In this document: positions 9,766 through 19,468 of the stretch, piece by piece
Layout of the letters: every line of letters begins with the position of its first letter
How positions within the stretch are numbered: position 1 is the first letter of the stretch
Assembly (NCBI GenBank): GCA_963718525.1
Contig: OY970355.1
Coordinates: 544,001-608,000, forward strand
DNA length: 64,000 bases
Direction: 5' to 3'
Source of the DNA: Candidatus Dormiibacterota bacterium
GTDB taxonomy: Bacteria; Chloroflexota; Dormibacteria; Aeolococcales; Aeolococcaceae
Translations under genes and position numbers: made by a program
Notes under the pieces: model-generated
What the model saw: only the letters and a program-made list of their open reading frames with translations
The model's database searches: none
Told to the model about the DNA's origin: nothing

Positions 9766-12483
9766 TCAGGCCGTGCGCGCCGCGCCGGCAAGCACAGAGG
9801 CAAACGCCATCGGCGCGGTGGGTACCGCGATGTTGTGTTCGAGCAACCTGCTCATCGCGATCGGCGACAGCGGCTGACCGAAGAGGAAACCCTGAGCGAG
9901 CTCGCAACCGAGGTCGTTCAGTTCGCGAAGGCACTCCTCGGTCTCGACCCCTTCGGCGATCACGCTGAGACCGAGACCGACACCGAAGTTGAACACCGAG
10001 TGGGCGAAGCCGATCGACTGCGTGGGGCCGCACAGCGAGGCGGTGAACGACCTGTCGATCTTGAGCACGTCGACGGGGAAGTCGCGCAGGCGGCTCAACG
10101 ACGAGTGGCCGGTTCCGAAATCGTCAAGAGCGATGCGTACGCCGAGCCCGCGCAGCGCGTTGAGGCAGCCGATGATCGGCTCGGTGTCATAGATGATGTC
10201 CGCCTCGGTCACCTCGAGGATCAGACGATGGGCGTCGAGGCCCGTGTCCTGCAGGACCCTCCGAACCTTGTCGACAAAGTCCGGCTCGCGGAGCTGGCGG
10301 ACAGCAACATTCACACTCACCGCAACGGGCTCGGCGCCATCGACCTCTGGCCAAGCGCGCGCTTCTTCGCATGCGCTCTGCAGGATCCACGTTCCCAGTT
10401 GCGTGATCAATCCCGTCTCCTCGACGAGGCTGATGAAGTCGTCAGGGAGGACCAGCCCGCGCGTGGGGTGGCGCCAGCGGAGCAAGGCCTCCGCCGCGAC
10501 GATGGTGCATGTCGCCACTCGCACGATGGGCTGATACACGAGCTCGAATTCGACCAACTCCACCGCGTGGTACAGGTCCGCCTTGAGGCGGTGGCGGCGC
10601 TGCACCGCGGCATACATGGACGGCTCGAACAGCTCCCAGCGCGACTTCCCCGAACTCTTTGCCGTGTACAACGCGAGGTCGGCATTCTGGAGCAACTCCT
10701 GCCCGTCGCAGACGGTGTCGACCGCTGTTGCGATGCCGATGCTCGCGTGCGTCAGCACCTCCTCGGACGCGATGCTGAATGGCACGTGGAGCGCATCGAT
10801 GACTCGCTCGGCGATGCGCACGGCCGTCGCCGGCTCGTCGATGCCGATGAGGAGGACGGCGAACTCATCACCACCCAACCGGGCTGCGACGTCGCCGGGA
10901 CGCAGGCACTGGCCGATGCGGTCGGCGATGGCCCGGAGCAGCTCGTCGCCGGCAGCATGACCGAGGCTGTCGTTGACGGTCTTGAAGTCGTCGATGTCGA
11001 TGAAGAGCACGCCGACGTGCTGCCCGGTCTGCGCCAGGGCCTGCTCAACGCGGGACCCGAAGAGGAGTCGATTGGCCATGCCCGTGAGCGGATCGTGCGA
11101 CGCCTCGTGCTGCAACTGCTCCTGCAGGACGGTGAGCTGTGACAGCGAGTGCTGCAGCCGTCCGCGCTCGAGGATCACCCCGGTCTGGTTGGCGAGCATC
11201 TCGAGCAGGCGGAGGTCCTCGTGGTCGAAACCGGTGACCTCGCCAAGACGGTTGGCGATCAGCATCGTCCCGACCATGTTGTTCTCGCCGCGGAGCACAA
11301 CGGCCATCGCGTCGCGCAGTCCGCGACGCTCCAGGAAACCGCCGGGGTCGCCGTCGGTCTTGCCGTGCGCACTGAGGAGCAGCGGCGAGTTGAGGAGCAG
11401 CCTGCTCATGAACTGGAGTTCCACGTCGTCGAGCGTCACGGCACTCATGAACTCGGTGTTCCGCTCCTTGTCGACGGTGGTGCGCACGACGGCGTCGCGC
11501 TCGCGGGTCGGAAGGAACGTGATCTCCGCGCGCTCGGCGCGGAAAACCTGACACGACTTGGTCAGCAGCGCGGCCACGGAGTCGTCGACAGCCTCGCTCC
11601 GTTGCAATTGCTTGCTCGACTGGTAGAGGAAATCGACCTGGTCACGCTTCTCGCGCTCGGCGATGTAGAACCGATAGGCGATGAAGACTCCCGCGGTTGG
11701 AATCGCCAGCAACCAGATCTCGGCGGGGTTCTCCCAGACGATGCGGACGCCGATCAGGGCAAGACAGGTGTTGACGATCGTGGCCGCCTGCGCGAACCCG
11801 AATGTCGAGAGGATCCCCCTGAGGTCCATGCGCCCTTCAGAGAATGAGATGGCGGCGAGGATCACCAGTGACTGGATGACACCGCCGGTGAGGACCGCCG
11901 CTAGAACGCCGACGAAGCTGAGCGCGCTCAGCGGATCGTGGTGGTCGACAAGATGCATGAAGAGCACGGCGACGACGCTGTTGGCGACGGTGAAGTTGGC
12001 GAGGTTGAAGGCCAGCTTCAGCGGCGACTGGCGGCGGTGGACCGACAATGCGAGCGCGGTCCCGGCAACCATCGCGAGCACCACGACAAGGGGCGGAGCG
12101 AAGAAGAAGCCCGCCACCAATGGCAGCTCACTGAGCGAGAAGGAGTGCGCGTCCCGGCGAAACTGGATGTGAACGACGAAGACCTCCGCCGCACAGAACA
12201 GCGGAATCAGCACCCACCAGGGGATCTGGCGCGGCGCCGGAATCTCGTGCAGGTTGGAGACAACCTTGACCAGGAGGACCACGGCGGTCGCCACGAGCAG
12301 AAGAGTCAGGAGGTGGACGCGGTGTCCCCGCCTGGACGAAGTTGTTGACCCCGAATCGACTGACGAGGCGGAGCCTTCGACCTCCCTGGCCATGCTCGAA
12401 TGCTCGGGGACATCCGGCTGATCTGAACTCGTTGTGCCAGCTCTGTTGCCGAGCGGTAGCAGGGCTATCGGCGGTGCGGACAT
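9766..12483 (-). CDS. Membrane-bound c-di-GMP enzyme: multi-TM sensor, GAF, GGDEF and EAL domains (true start may be 12393)
   Basis: About 6-7 N-terminal TM helices; GAF-like region ending FDHEDLRLLEMLANQ; HDPLTGMANR, DIDDFKTVND, RPGD-x5-GGDEF; AEALLRW, DDFGTGHSSL, AEGVE. Confidence 0.93.
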   Translation of the reverse strand: MSAPPIALLPLGNRAGTTSSDQPDVPEHSSMAREVEGSASSVDSGSTTSSRRGHRVHLLTLLLVATAVVLLVKVVSNLHEIPAPRQIPWWVLIPLFCAAEVFVVHIQFRRDAHSFSLSELPLVAGFFFAPPLVVVLAMVAGTALALSVHRRQSPLKLAFNLANFTVANSVVAVLFMHLVDHHDPLSALSFVGVLAAVLTGGVIQSLVILAAISFSEGRMDLRGILSTFGFAQAATIVNTCLALIGVRIVWENPAEIWLLAIPTAGVFIAYRFYIAEREKRDQVDFLYQSSKQLQRSEAVDDSVAALLTKSCQVFRAERAEITFLPTRERDAVVRTTVDKERNTEFMSAVTLDDVELQFMSRLLLNSPLLLSAHGKTDGDPGGFLERRGLRDAMAVVLRGENNMVGTMLIANRLGEVTGFDHEDLRLLEMLANQTGVILERGRLQHSLSQLTVLQEQLQHEASHDPLTGMANRLLFGSRVEQALAQTGQHVGVLFIDIDDFKTVNDSLGHAAGDELLRAIADRIGQCLRPGDVAARLGGDEFAVLLIGIDEPATAVRIAERVIDALHVPFSIASEEVLTHASIGIATAVDTVCDGQELLQNADLALYTAKSSGKSRWELFEPSMYAAVQRRHRLKADLYHAVELVEFELVYQPIVRVATCTIVAAEALLRWRHPTRGLVLPDDFISLVEETGLITQLGTWILQSACEEARAWPEVDGAEPVAVSVNVAVRQLREPDFVDKVRRVLQDTGLDAHRLILEVTEADIIYDTEPIIGCLNALRGLGVRIALDDFGTGHSSLSRLRDFPVDVLKIDRSFTASLCGPTQSIGFAHSVFNFGVGLGLSVIAEGVETEECLRELNDLGCELAQGFLFGQPLSPIAMSRLLEHNIAVPTAPMAFASVLAGAARTA

Positions 12484-12531
12484 CGCCGTGGGGACCAGCC
12501 ACCCCCGAGCTGTGCTGCGAAGGTCGCGGAC

Positions 12532-14304
12532 CTAACTCCAGTCGTAGTCGGACCAGCTCGAATCCGACCAGGATGCGCCCGACCATGAGGCGCCCGACCA
12601 TGAGGCTCCGGACCACGACGCTCCGGACCACGAGGCGCCCGACCACGACGCTCCGGACCACGAGGCGCCGGACCACGACGCCCCGGACCACGAGGCCCCG
12701 GACCATGAGGCTCCGGACCACGACGCTCCGGACCACGACGCTCCGTTGAAGATGCCGCCGTTCCACGCGGAGGCGTTCGTCTCGGCCGCAGCGAGTGCGG
12801 TGGTGTCGATGCTGTTGCCGAAGATGTCCTGCTCGCCGGTGAGGCCGTTGCCGTTGGTGTCAAGCACATGACGCGAGCCGCGGGACGCGTCGAGGCTGCC
12901 GGTGCCGTTCGAGGCCGGCCAGCTCTGCGCGTCGTTCGGCGTCGGCGCGTTGAGGACCGCTGCGAGGTTCAGCTCGCCGCTGCCCTTGAGCGATGTGCGG
13001 CCATACATGGAATGCGCGTGGGTGTCGAGCAACGCCTTGACCTGATCAGGCGTGAGGTTTGGTCGCTGGCTGAGCAGCAGCGCCGCAGCGCCGGACACGA
13101 CGGCGGCCGCCTGCGACGTTCCGCTCCCGAGGAAGAAACGATTGCTGACGGTCGCGCTCCCACCGAACTGGTCGTCGACGAATGAACCCGGATCGCGGAG
13201 CGAGACGACGTGGACGCCGGGAGCAGAGAGATCGGGGTTGCGCGTGCCGTCACCCTCGCTCGTGAAGCTTGCGGGCATGTGATAGCGGACGTAGGTCGTG
13301 TTCTCGGTGTTGGCCGCACCCACGGCGATGACGTAGGGATCGATCGCCGGGTCGTCAAGGCCGTTCGACCAGTTGCCCTGGTTGCCGTCGGCGACCACCA
13401 CGACGATGCCGTGCAACCATGCCTGCTCGGCCGCATACGCGAGCGGATCGAGGACGTAGCTCTGGTTGCTGTCGGTGCCATAGGACAGGTTGAGCACGCG
13501 GATGTTCATGCCGTTGTCGTTCTGGTGCTGCACCACCCAGTCGATGGCGGCGAGCACCTGGGACACGTCGGTCTCCCCCAGCGCATCCGCGACCTTGATG
13601 CTCACGATCTGCGCATCAGGAGCCATACCGAGGAAGTGCGTGGTATCGCTTGAGCTCACCGACGTCACCGCATCATCGCGGCCCGCGATGATCCCGGCCA
13701 TGTGCGTACCGTGACCGAAGGTATCGAGATACTGCAGCGACGGATCCTGCGATTCGAACGACAGATCGGGTCCATTGACCACCTTGCCCTGCGTGGTCAA
13801 CCCGTCAACCGGCGTCACGCCGGAGTCGATCAGCGCAACGCCAACTCCCTGGCCGGTGAACCCGGCGTTCCAGTACGCGTGGGCACCGTCCATCTGCTCG
13901 ATGTTGTACATGGAGTTGACGTCGGTGGCGGGGTTGTACGGGGTGCCCGGTAGCCCGTACGAGGCGCCGAGGAGCTGCACCGGCGCATTCAGGGTGACCT
14001 GTGCGACAGCGGGCGATGCCTCGAGCTCCGGGACCGAGCTTGCAGGGACGCTCGCCACGATGGCGTTGATCAGGCTGATGTGCTGCTGGATGTGGCCGCC
14101 CAGTGCCGTGATCTGCTGATCCGCGGCGCCACCCTCGGTGGGTTGCGTTCGCACGATGACGGAGACCAGGTGCGTGTCGGCGTGTGCCGTCGTCGCCAGC
14201 GCGCCGGCGCTGAGCATGAGAGCAGCGGCGGTCGCCGCCGCCGTGACCGTGCGGCGCTTGCGATCGTCCCAGCTGATGCCGTGTACTGGAGCCACCCCTG
14301 GCAT
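12532..14304 (-). CDS. Secreted S8 (subtilisin-like) serine peptidase with C-terminal GASWS tandem repeats
   Basis: Signal peptide (RKRR, hydrophobic stretch, AHA), I9-like propeptide, catalytic triad IDSG / GHGTH / GSGTSQA, tail (GASWS)12-DSSWS-DYDWS*. Confidence 0.93.
   Translation of the reverse strand: MPGVAPVHGISWDDRKRRTVTAAATAAALMLSAGALATTAHADTHLVSVIVRTQPTEGGAADQQITALGGHIQQHISLINAIVASVPASSVPELEASPAVAQVTLNAPVQLLGASYGLPGTPYNPATDVNSMYNIEQMDGAHAYWNAGFTGQGVGVALIDSGVTPVDGLTTQGKVVNGPDLSFESQDPSLQYLDTFGHGTHMAGIIAGRDDAVTSVSSSDTTHFLGMAPDAQIVSIKVADALGETDVSQVLAAIDWVVQHQNDNGMNIRVLNLSYGTDSNQSYVLDPLAYAAEQAWLHGIVVVVADGNQGNWSNGLDDPAIDPYVIAVGAANTENTTYVRYHMPASFTSEGDGTRNPDLSAPGVHVVSLRDPGSFVDDQFGGSATVSNRFFLGSGTSQAAAVVSGAAALLLSQRPNLTPDQVKALLDTHAHSMYGRTSLKGSGELNLAAVLNAPTPNDAQSWPASNGTGSLDASRGSRHVLDTNGNGLTGEQDIFGNSIDTTALAAAETNASAWNGGIFNGASWSGASWSGASWSGASWSGASWSGASWSGASWSGASWSGASWSGASWSGASWSGASWSDSSWSDYDWS
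12535..12744 (-). repeat. 14 x 15-bp coding tandem repeat: 12 x GASWS, then DSSWS and DYDWS
   Basis: 12565-12744 is 180 bp = 12 units, with varied synonymous codons (tcg/tcc/tca; ggc/gga/ggg; gcg/gcc/gca). Confidence 0.95.
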
Positions 14305-14529
14305 TCCCCCAACTCGTGCCGGATCGCGGCACCGTGATCCCCGCCTCTGATTCGCCTGGTTGAAGGCTATGTGGCAGGTGTTCGCACGGCTCGCTTCGCC
14401 ATGGATCTGCGACGGCCTGATCGGATTTCGGGGCTGCGGATCGGATGCCGCCCGAGCGCAGGGCCGGCAATGGCCGGGTGGTCGTGCGGGTCGGGCGCAT
14501 GGACCGGCTACGACAGAACTGCCGCGGAG

Positions 14530-14952
14530 TCAGACTTGGCCGATCTGCTGCAGAAAGCCATGCCGGTCGAAGTACGCGGTCTCCTCGACGATCTTGCCGT
14601 TGACGACGTGGTGGATGAAGACGATCTCCTGGGTCACGGTTTGCCCCGTGGGATCAATGTGCTCCCCGGTCATCAGCGTGAGCGGCCCCGTGTGCTCGTT
14701 GACATCGCGATATTCGGTGATGACGTAATCGCCATCGACGAACTGCTGGAGCACTTCCGAGTGCCCGCCGGCGTACGCGCCCAAAAGGTTTCCAAACACC
14801 TCACGAGCTGCAGGTGCGCCCTCCGTGCGCATGCCGCCTGGCCCGCGCACCACCACATCGTCACCGTAGTACGCCATGACACCATCGAGGTCCGCCGCAT
14901 CCCACGCGGCAAACATTGCTGATACGACCGACTTCGGATCACGTTCCGCCAT
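14530..14952 (-). CDS. SnoaL/NTF2-like ester cyclase family protein
   Basis: AAWDAADLDGVMAYYGDD, HTGPL...PTG, VNGKIVEETAYFD; RBS GGAGG. Confidence 0.8.
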   Translation of the reverse strand: MAERDPKSVVSAMFAAWDAADLDGVMAYYGDDVVVRGPGGMRTEGAPAAREVFGNLLGAYAGGHSEVLQQFVDGDYVITEYRDVNEHTGPLTLMTGEHIDPTGQTVTQEIVFIHHVVNGKIVEETAYFDRHGFLQQIGQV

Positions 14953-15013
14953 GTAGATGCCCTCCTTCCGAGCCCGCGGCCCGATGCCGCGGGACTCTAC
15001 TCCTGAATCGGTC

Positions 15014-15394
15014 TCAATGAATCACTGCAAGAACGTTGCGGGCAGGGTCGACGAACCAGGCGATGTCGGGACCGGTGTTGTTGGCTCGGCCGCGCATGAT
15101 GCCCTTCGCGTCGATGCCCGGGATGTGCTCGTAGCGCTCGAGGGCCACGCCTTGGCTGGTGAGGTACTCGGCCGCCGCATCGATGTCCTCAACTTCGAAG
15201 TTCAGAACGGTGAAGGACGCCGGCTGATGGTCAGGCTTTGGATACATGAAGACCGAGCCGCCACCGGGGAGCCGGATCCTCGCACCGACGCCATCCGGAT
15301 CCACGGTCAATCCCAGCTTTGCCGAGTAGAACTCCTTCGCGGCCTCCAGGTCATCCACCGAGAAACCACTGAACGCCGATGTGGGACTGAACAT
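15014..15394 (-). CDS. VOC/glyoxalase family protein
   Basis: FSGFSVDDLEAAKEFY, TVLNFEVEDID, IAWFVDPARN; AAGGAGG before ATG 15394. Confidence 0.88.
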   Translation of the reverse strand: MFSPTSAFSGFSVDDLEAAKEFYSAKLGLTVDPDGVGARIRLPGGGSVFMYPKPDHQPASFTVLNFEVEDIDAAAEYLTSQGVALERYEHIPGIDAKGIMRGRANNTGPDIAWFVDPARNVLAVIH

Positions 15395-15416
15395 CGCAAC
15401 CTCCTTGATGCTGGTA

Positions 15417-16460
15417 TTAACCGACCGACAGCTCGTCAGCGATACGCTCAGCGAGCGCGGGATCACTCGCCGGTTCGGGTGGCGACGACTCAACACGCTT
15501 GCTCGCGCGAGCCTGGCGGCGCGCGCTCGATAAACCGACGCCGACCGCACCCGCGACCCCGACCGCGAGCAGAAGTCCCGCCAGTCCACGCTGCGCCGTG
15601 AAGTGGTCGGCGAAGACGGTGATACCGAGGAGCACTGCCACCGCGGCGATGGCGACCGCTCCGTCCTCGACGAAGAGACCCCAGACCTCGCGGGCGATGC
15701 TCTGCACCGTGCGAACGATCGCAACGTCGAATTGGCCCGTAGCACCGGCCGGGCGTCGAAGGAGCCAGACGAAGAGCACGGAGATCAGGGCGTATCCGGC
15801 GATGAGCGGGAGCAGGCTCAGATCCTCGTGCCACCACTGCACGCCGATGCCCTCGCCCGCGAAGAACGTCCCGAACGACGTGAGCATGATGCCCACGACA
15901 TATTTCATGGCGTTCTCCGGGACCTGGGTCAACGGATGGCGGAGCGCGAACCCGGCGCCGGCCACCACCACGAGTGACGCAATGGCCCCGATGACGGCCG
16001 AGGCCACGTCCTGCAGTCCTCCAAGCGCGACCACGATGAAGACCACCTCGAGCCCCTCGAGAAACACGCCGCTGAACGACGTGGTGACACCGACGCGATC
16101 AAGGCCGGCACCGCGTCGGTTTGACGCTCCCAGCATCTTCTGAGTCTCCGCGAAGATCTTTGCCTCGTCGTGGAGTGACTTGAGGCCGCTCGAACGGAGC
16201 ACCGCCTTGTGCAGCCACTTGATGCCGAAGAGCAGCAGGAAAACGCCCACGAATGTTCGCGCAGCGGCGATGGACACATGCGACGTGACCGCAAGGCCGA
16301 ATGCAGCCACCAGCACGATCAGCGCCACCACCGCGGCGATGGTGCCCGCGAATGCGCTGCGCCACCCTCGGGTCAGCCCGACCGCCAGGACGATCGTGAG
16401 CGCCTCAACCCATTCGACGGCTGCGGCGATAAAGGTGGCGAGGATGACGAGAATGCTCAT
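15417..16460 (-). CDS. COG4280 / FTR1-like membrane protein (possible metal permease)
   Basis: Duplicated ExxE helices EWVEALTIVLAVG and FLEGLEVVFIV; VPENAMKYVVG; many TM helices. Confidence 0.75.
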   Translation of the reverse strand: MSILVILATFIAAAVEWVEALTIVLAVGLTRGWRSAFAGTIAAVVALIVLVAAFGLAVTSHVSIAAARTFVGVFLLLFGIKWLHKAVLRSSGLKSLHDEAKIFAETQKMLGASNRRGAGLDRVGVTTSFSGVFLEGLEVVFIVVALGGLQDVASAVIGAIASLVVVAGAGFALRHPLTQVPENAMKYVVGIMLTSFGTFFAGEGIGVQWWHEDLSLLPLIAGYALISVLFVWLLRRPAGATGQFDVAIVRTVQSIAREVWGLFVEDGAVAIAAVAVLLGITVFADHFTAQRGLAGLLLAVGVAGAVGVGLSSARRQARASKRVESSPPEPASDPALAERIADELSVG

Positions 16461-16541
16461 CGGCGCTTGGGTCCTCCCGCTATGTGTGTCGAGGTCTGGC
16501 AGAGATCACGGGCGTTGATCGCGGTGGTATGGCGACCGGTG

Positions 16542-17690
16542 TCATACGGGCGATCCGTCGCTACCCGGCTCATCAGGGTAGGCGACGCAGCCATCCGGGT
16601 CGAGTTGAATCGTGAGCTCGTCGCCTCGAGGCCACCGGTTGTGGTCGAACACCGACGACAGAGTGCCACCGGCGCAGGCGACGACGTGGTCGTAGCCGCG
16701 ACCGCGATAGGCGACGTCCACAACCTTGCCACTGAGCGTGACATCCGTGCTCGATGTCGCGACGAGCACACGCGTTGCCGCCGGGCGGACCAGAACGCGG
16801 ACCCTAGCGCCGGTCATCAGCGTTCCACCAGGACGTGCCCGCAGCGTGGATCCATCCTCGATTTGAATGCTGACATGGCTGGCCTCGGCGCCGACCACCC
16901 GGCCGGGGAACTCGCCCGCGGAGCCGGTGAAGCGGGCGACGAACAGGTTCGCCGGAGAGCGGTAGATCTGCTCGGGCGGCCCCAGCTGGACGAGCTGTCC
17001 TCCATCGAGCACTGCGACCTCGTCCGCAAGTGCGAACGCCTCCGACTGGTCGTGGGTGATGTAGACGACCGTCGCACCGCTGTCGCGCGCGATGGTCGCA
17101 ACCTGCACGCGAAGGCGTTCGCGAAGATCGGCGTCGAGGTTGGAGAGCGGTTCGTCGAAGAGTAGGAGACCGGGACGGGCGACCACCGCGCGGGCGAGGG
17201 CGACGCGCTGCTGCTCGCCACCGGAGAGTTGGTACGGATACCGGTCCACGAGTTGCGCCAGCCCGACCTGATCGAGAGCGTCGACGACGCGCCGCCGGGA
17301 TTCCGTGCCGGTGATGTGCCTCCGCCGAAGCGCATAGCTGACGTTGCCGCGCACCGTCAGGTGCGGCCATAACGCGTAGTCCTGAAACACCATCGCCAGG
17401 TCACGACGCTCCGGTGGGAGATGTCGCTTGCCATCACTCACGATCCGATCGCCGATGCGGATCACGCCGCCGTCAAGGCGCTCAACCCCCGCGAGGCAGC
17501 GTGCGAGGGTCGTCTTCCCCGAGCCGGACGGCCCGAGCAGGACGAGGAATCGACCTGGCTGAATCTCGAGGTCGACGCCGGTGAGGCCCCGGGCTCGTCC
17601 GAAGTGCTTCACCGCTCCTTTGATCTCGACACGGTGGCCGGATGTCGCCACGCTGGATGCTGGCACGTCGGACGTGATGGCGACGCTCAT
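16542..17690 (-). CDS. ABC transporter ATP-binding subunit (FbpC/PotA type, TOBE domain)
   Basis: [42 protein letters not shown]; ATGA overlap with the permease. Confidence 0.92.
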   Translation of the reverse strand: MSVAITSDVPASSVATSGHRVEIKGAVKHFGRARGLTGVDLEIQPGRFLVLLGPSGSGKTTLARCLAGVERLDGGVIRIGDRIVSDGKRHLPPERRDLAMVFQDYALWPHLTVRGNVSYALRRRHITGTESRRRVVDALDQVGLAQLVDRYPYQLSGGEQQRVALARAVVARPGLLLFDEPLSNLDADLRERLRVQVATIARDSGATVVYITHDQSEAFALADEVAVLDGGQLVQLGPPEQIYRSPANLFVARFTGSAGEFPGRVVGAEASHVSIQIEDGSTLRARPGGTLMTGARVRVLVRPAATRVLVATSSTDVTLSGKVVDVAYRGRGYDHVVACAGGTLSSVFDHNRWPRGDELTIQLDPDGCVAYPDEPGSDGSPV

Positions 17691-19459
17691 GCGGTGGAGC
17701 CCAGGCGCCGCCAGCCCACCGGAGCGACGAGACGGAACAGCGTCCACACGATGGCGACCACCCCGAGTGCCCCGAGCACCGCAACGACCTCCATCGCGGT
17801 GCCCCCGGCGAAGTCGTAGTTGGCGAGCGCTTTGGTGATCGCGACTGACACCGGTGGTTGGCCGGGCGGATAGAGCAGTTGCGACATCGGAAGTTCCAAC
17901 AGCGTAGCCCCGAACACCAGCAACCATGCGGTGACAAGGGGACGTGCGAGCACGGGCAGCACCGTGCGCACCCACGCGCCGAGAGCGCCGCTGCCGTGGA
18001 CGCGGCCTGCCTCGGCCAGCGACTCCTGGATCTGGCTGACGCTGCCGAGCAACACTCTCGAGGTCGGAGGCAACGCGGTGGCGATGTAGCCGACCACCAG
18101 CAGCGCGGTGGTCTCGTAGAGCTGGATGCCGAGTGTGGTGAGGATCGGCAGGTTGAAGGTGAAGATGTAGCCGGCCGCGAACACAATCCCGGGGAGGGCC
18201 ACAGCGGTGAGCAGGGTCATGTCGAGGAGCCGCGCGCTGAGATGCGCGCCCCGCCGGGAAAGGATGCGAGCCGAGATCGCGGCCAGAACCACGGTGACGG
18301 TGGCGGCGATGAGGGCGAGTTGCCCCGAGTACACCAGCGGATCGCGCAGCTCAGGACTGTTGAGCACGCGGCTGTAGTTGGCGAGGGTCAGCCCATGGCT
18401 GGTGAGGAGCGAGCCGAGCCCGTTGATCAGCGAGGCCGAGACCGCTCCGAAGGAGGGAACCCCGATGCCAACCAGGAGGACTGCCGCCATCCCGACGACG
18501 GCACCGAGTTGCGCGAACCCGCGGACGTGCACGCGTCGTGCCGGTCGGCTCCGGCCTCCGAAGACCCGATAGCTGCGACTTCGCAGCGCCCACCCCTGGG
18601 TGAGCAATGCCAGCGCGATGAGCCCGAGCAGGACCCAGCCCACCGCTGCCGCCACCGAGTATTGGATCGGGAATGCCTGGACAGCGTTGAAGAGCGAATA
18701 GGTCGCCACGGGGAAATGGGCATCGTTGGCGAGCGTGTCTGCGACTCCGAAGTCACTGACCGATTCTGCGAACACGATCGCCAGCGCCGACCACACCGCC
18801 GGCGAGATCAGTGCAACGACCACCCGGACGGCGGCGATCGGACCACCGCCATGGACGCGCACAGCGGATTCGAACTCCTCGCCGAGCCCCCGCAGCGCTG
18901 CGGAGATCGCGAGGTAGGCGAAGGGCAATCCCTTCGCGGTCAGCACCACGATCACCCCGAACGGTCCGTAGAAGAGGTCGCGGAACCCACCGGGGTGCAG
19001 GCCCGCGACGTCCAGGACGCCCATCGGCTCGAGCAGCCGTTCCCAGCCGAGCGCGATCAGGTACGAGGGTGCCAGCAGCAGGGCGAACATCACCCCGGTC
19101 CACAGGCGCCGCCCTGGAAGATCGGTCCGGACCACGACCCACGCCACCGCAAACCCGATCGCGGCAGCGGCAAGCGCGCTGGTCACTCCCACGAACACCG
19201 AGTTGACGACACCGCGGAGCAGCGGACCGGAGAATGCCTGCGCGAAGCCCGAAAACGTGAACCACTCGGGTCCCTGGTCAAACAGCCGTGGCGAGAACGC
19301 GACGGCCAGAAAGAGCAGCACCGGTACCGCGAGGATCGCGGCGATGAGCACCCAGAAGATGAGCAGGGGAATGCCGCTGAAGCGAGACAGCGCCATCCAC
19401 GTCCTGTCCCCACGGCTCCCCGCCCCGGCGGGCGGGGAGCCGGCGAGGATCTCGGCCAA
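17687..19459 (-). CDS. ABC transporter permease, two-domain (FbpB type)
   Basis: Two EAA-like loops (EFESAVRVHG, LAEAGRVHG), about 12 TM helices. Confidence 0.88.
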   Translation of the reverse strand: MAEILAGSPPAGAGSRGDRTWMALSRFSGIPLLIFWVLIAAILAVPVLLFLAVAFSPRLFDQGPEWFTFSGFAQAFSGPLLRGVVNSVFVGVTSALAAAAIGFAVAWVVVRTDLPGRRLWTGVMFALLLAPSYLIALGWERLLEPMGVLDVAGLHPGGFRDLFYGPFGVIVVLTAKGLPFAYLAISAALRGLGEEFESAVRVHGGGPIAAVRVVVALISPAVWSALAIVFAESVSDFGVADTLANDAHFPVATYSLFNAVQAFPIQYSVAAAVGWVLLGLIALALLTQGWALRSRSYRVFGGRSRPARRVHVRGFAQLGAVVGMAAVLLVGIGVPSFGAVSASLINGLGSLLTSHGLTLANYSRVLNSPELRDPLVYSGQLALIAATVTVVLAAISARILSRRGAHLSARLLDMTLLTAVALPGIVFAAGYIFTFNLPILTTLGIQLYETTALLVVGYIATALPPTSRVLLGSVSQIQESLAEAGRVHGSGALGAWVRTVLPVLARPLVTAWLLVFGATLLELPMSQLLYPPGQPPVSVAITKALANYDFAGGTAMEVVAVLGALGVVAIVWTLFRLVAPVGWRRLGSTA

Positions 19460-19468
19460 CGCGAGCTC

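Noticed and set aside
12535-12744. 15-bp tandem array as a CRISPR array or non-coding VNTR
   Set aside because: There are no spacers or cas genes, and variation falls at synonymous positions of the protease frame.
12128-12869. Repetitive ORFs in other frames (VVRS, RTTT, GPERR repeats)
   Set aside because: These are shadow translations of the GASWS repeat.
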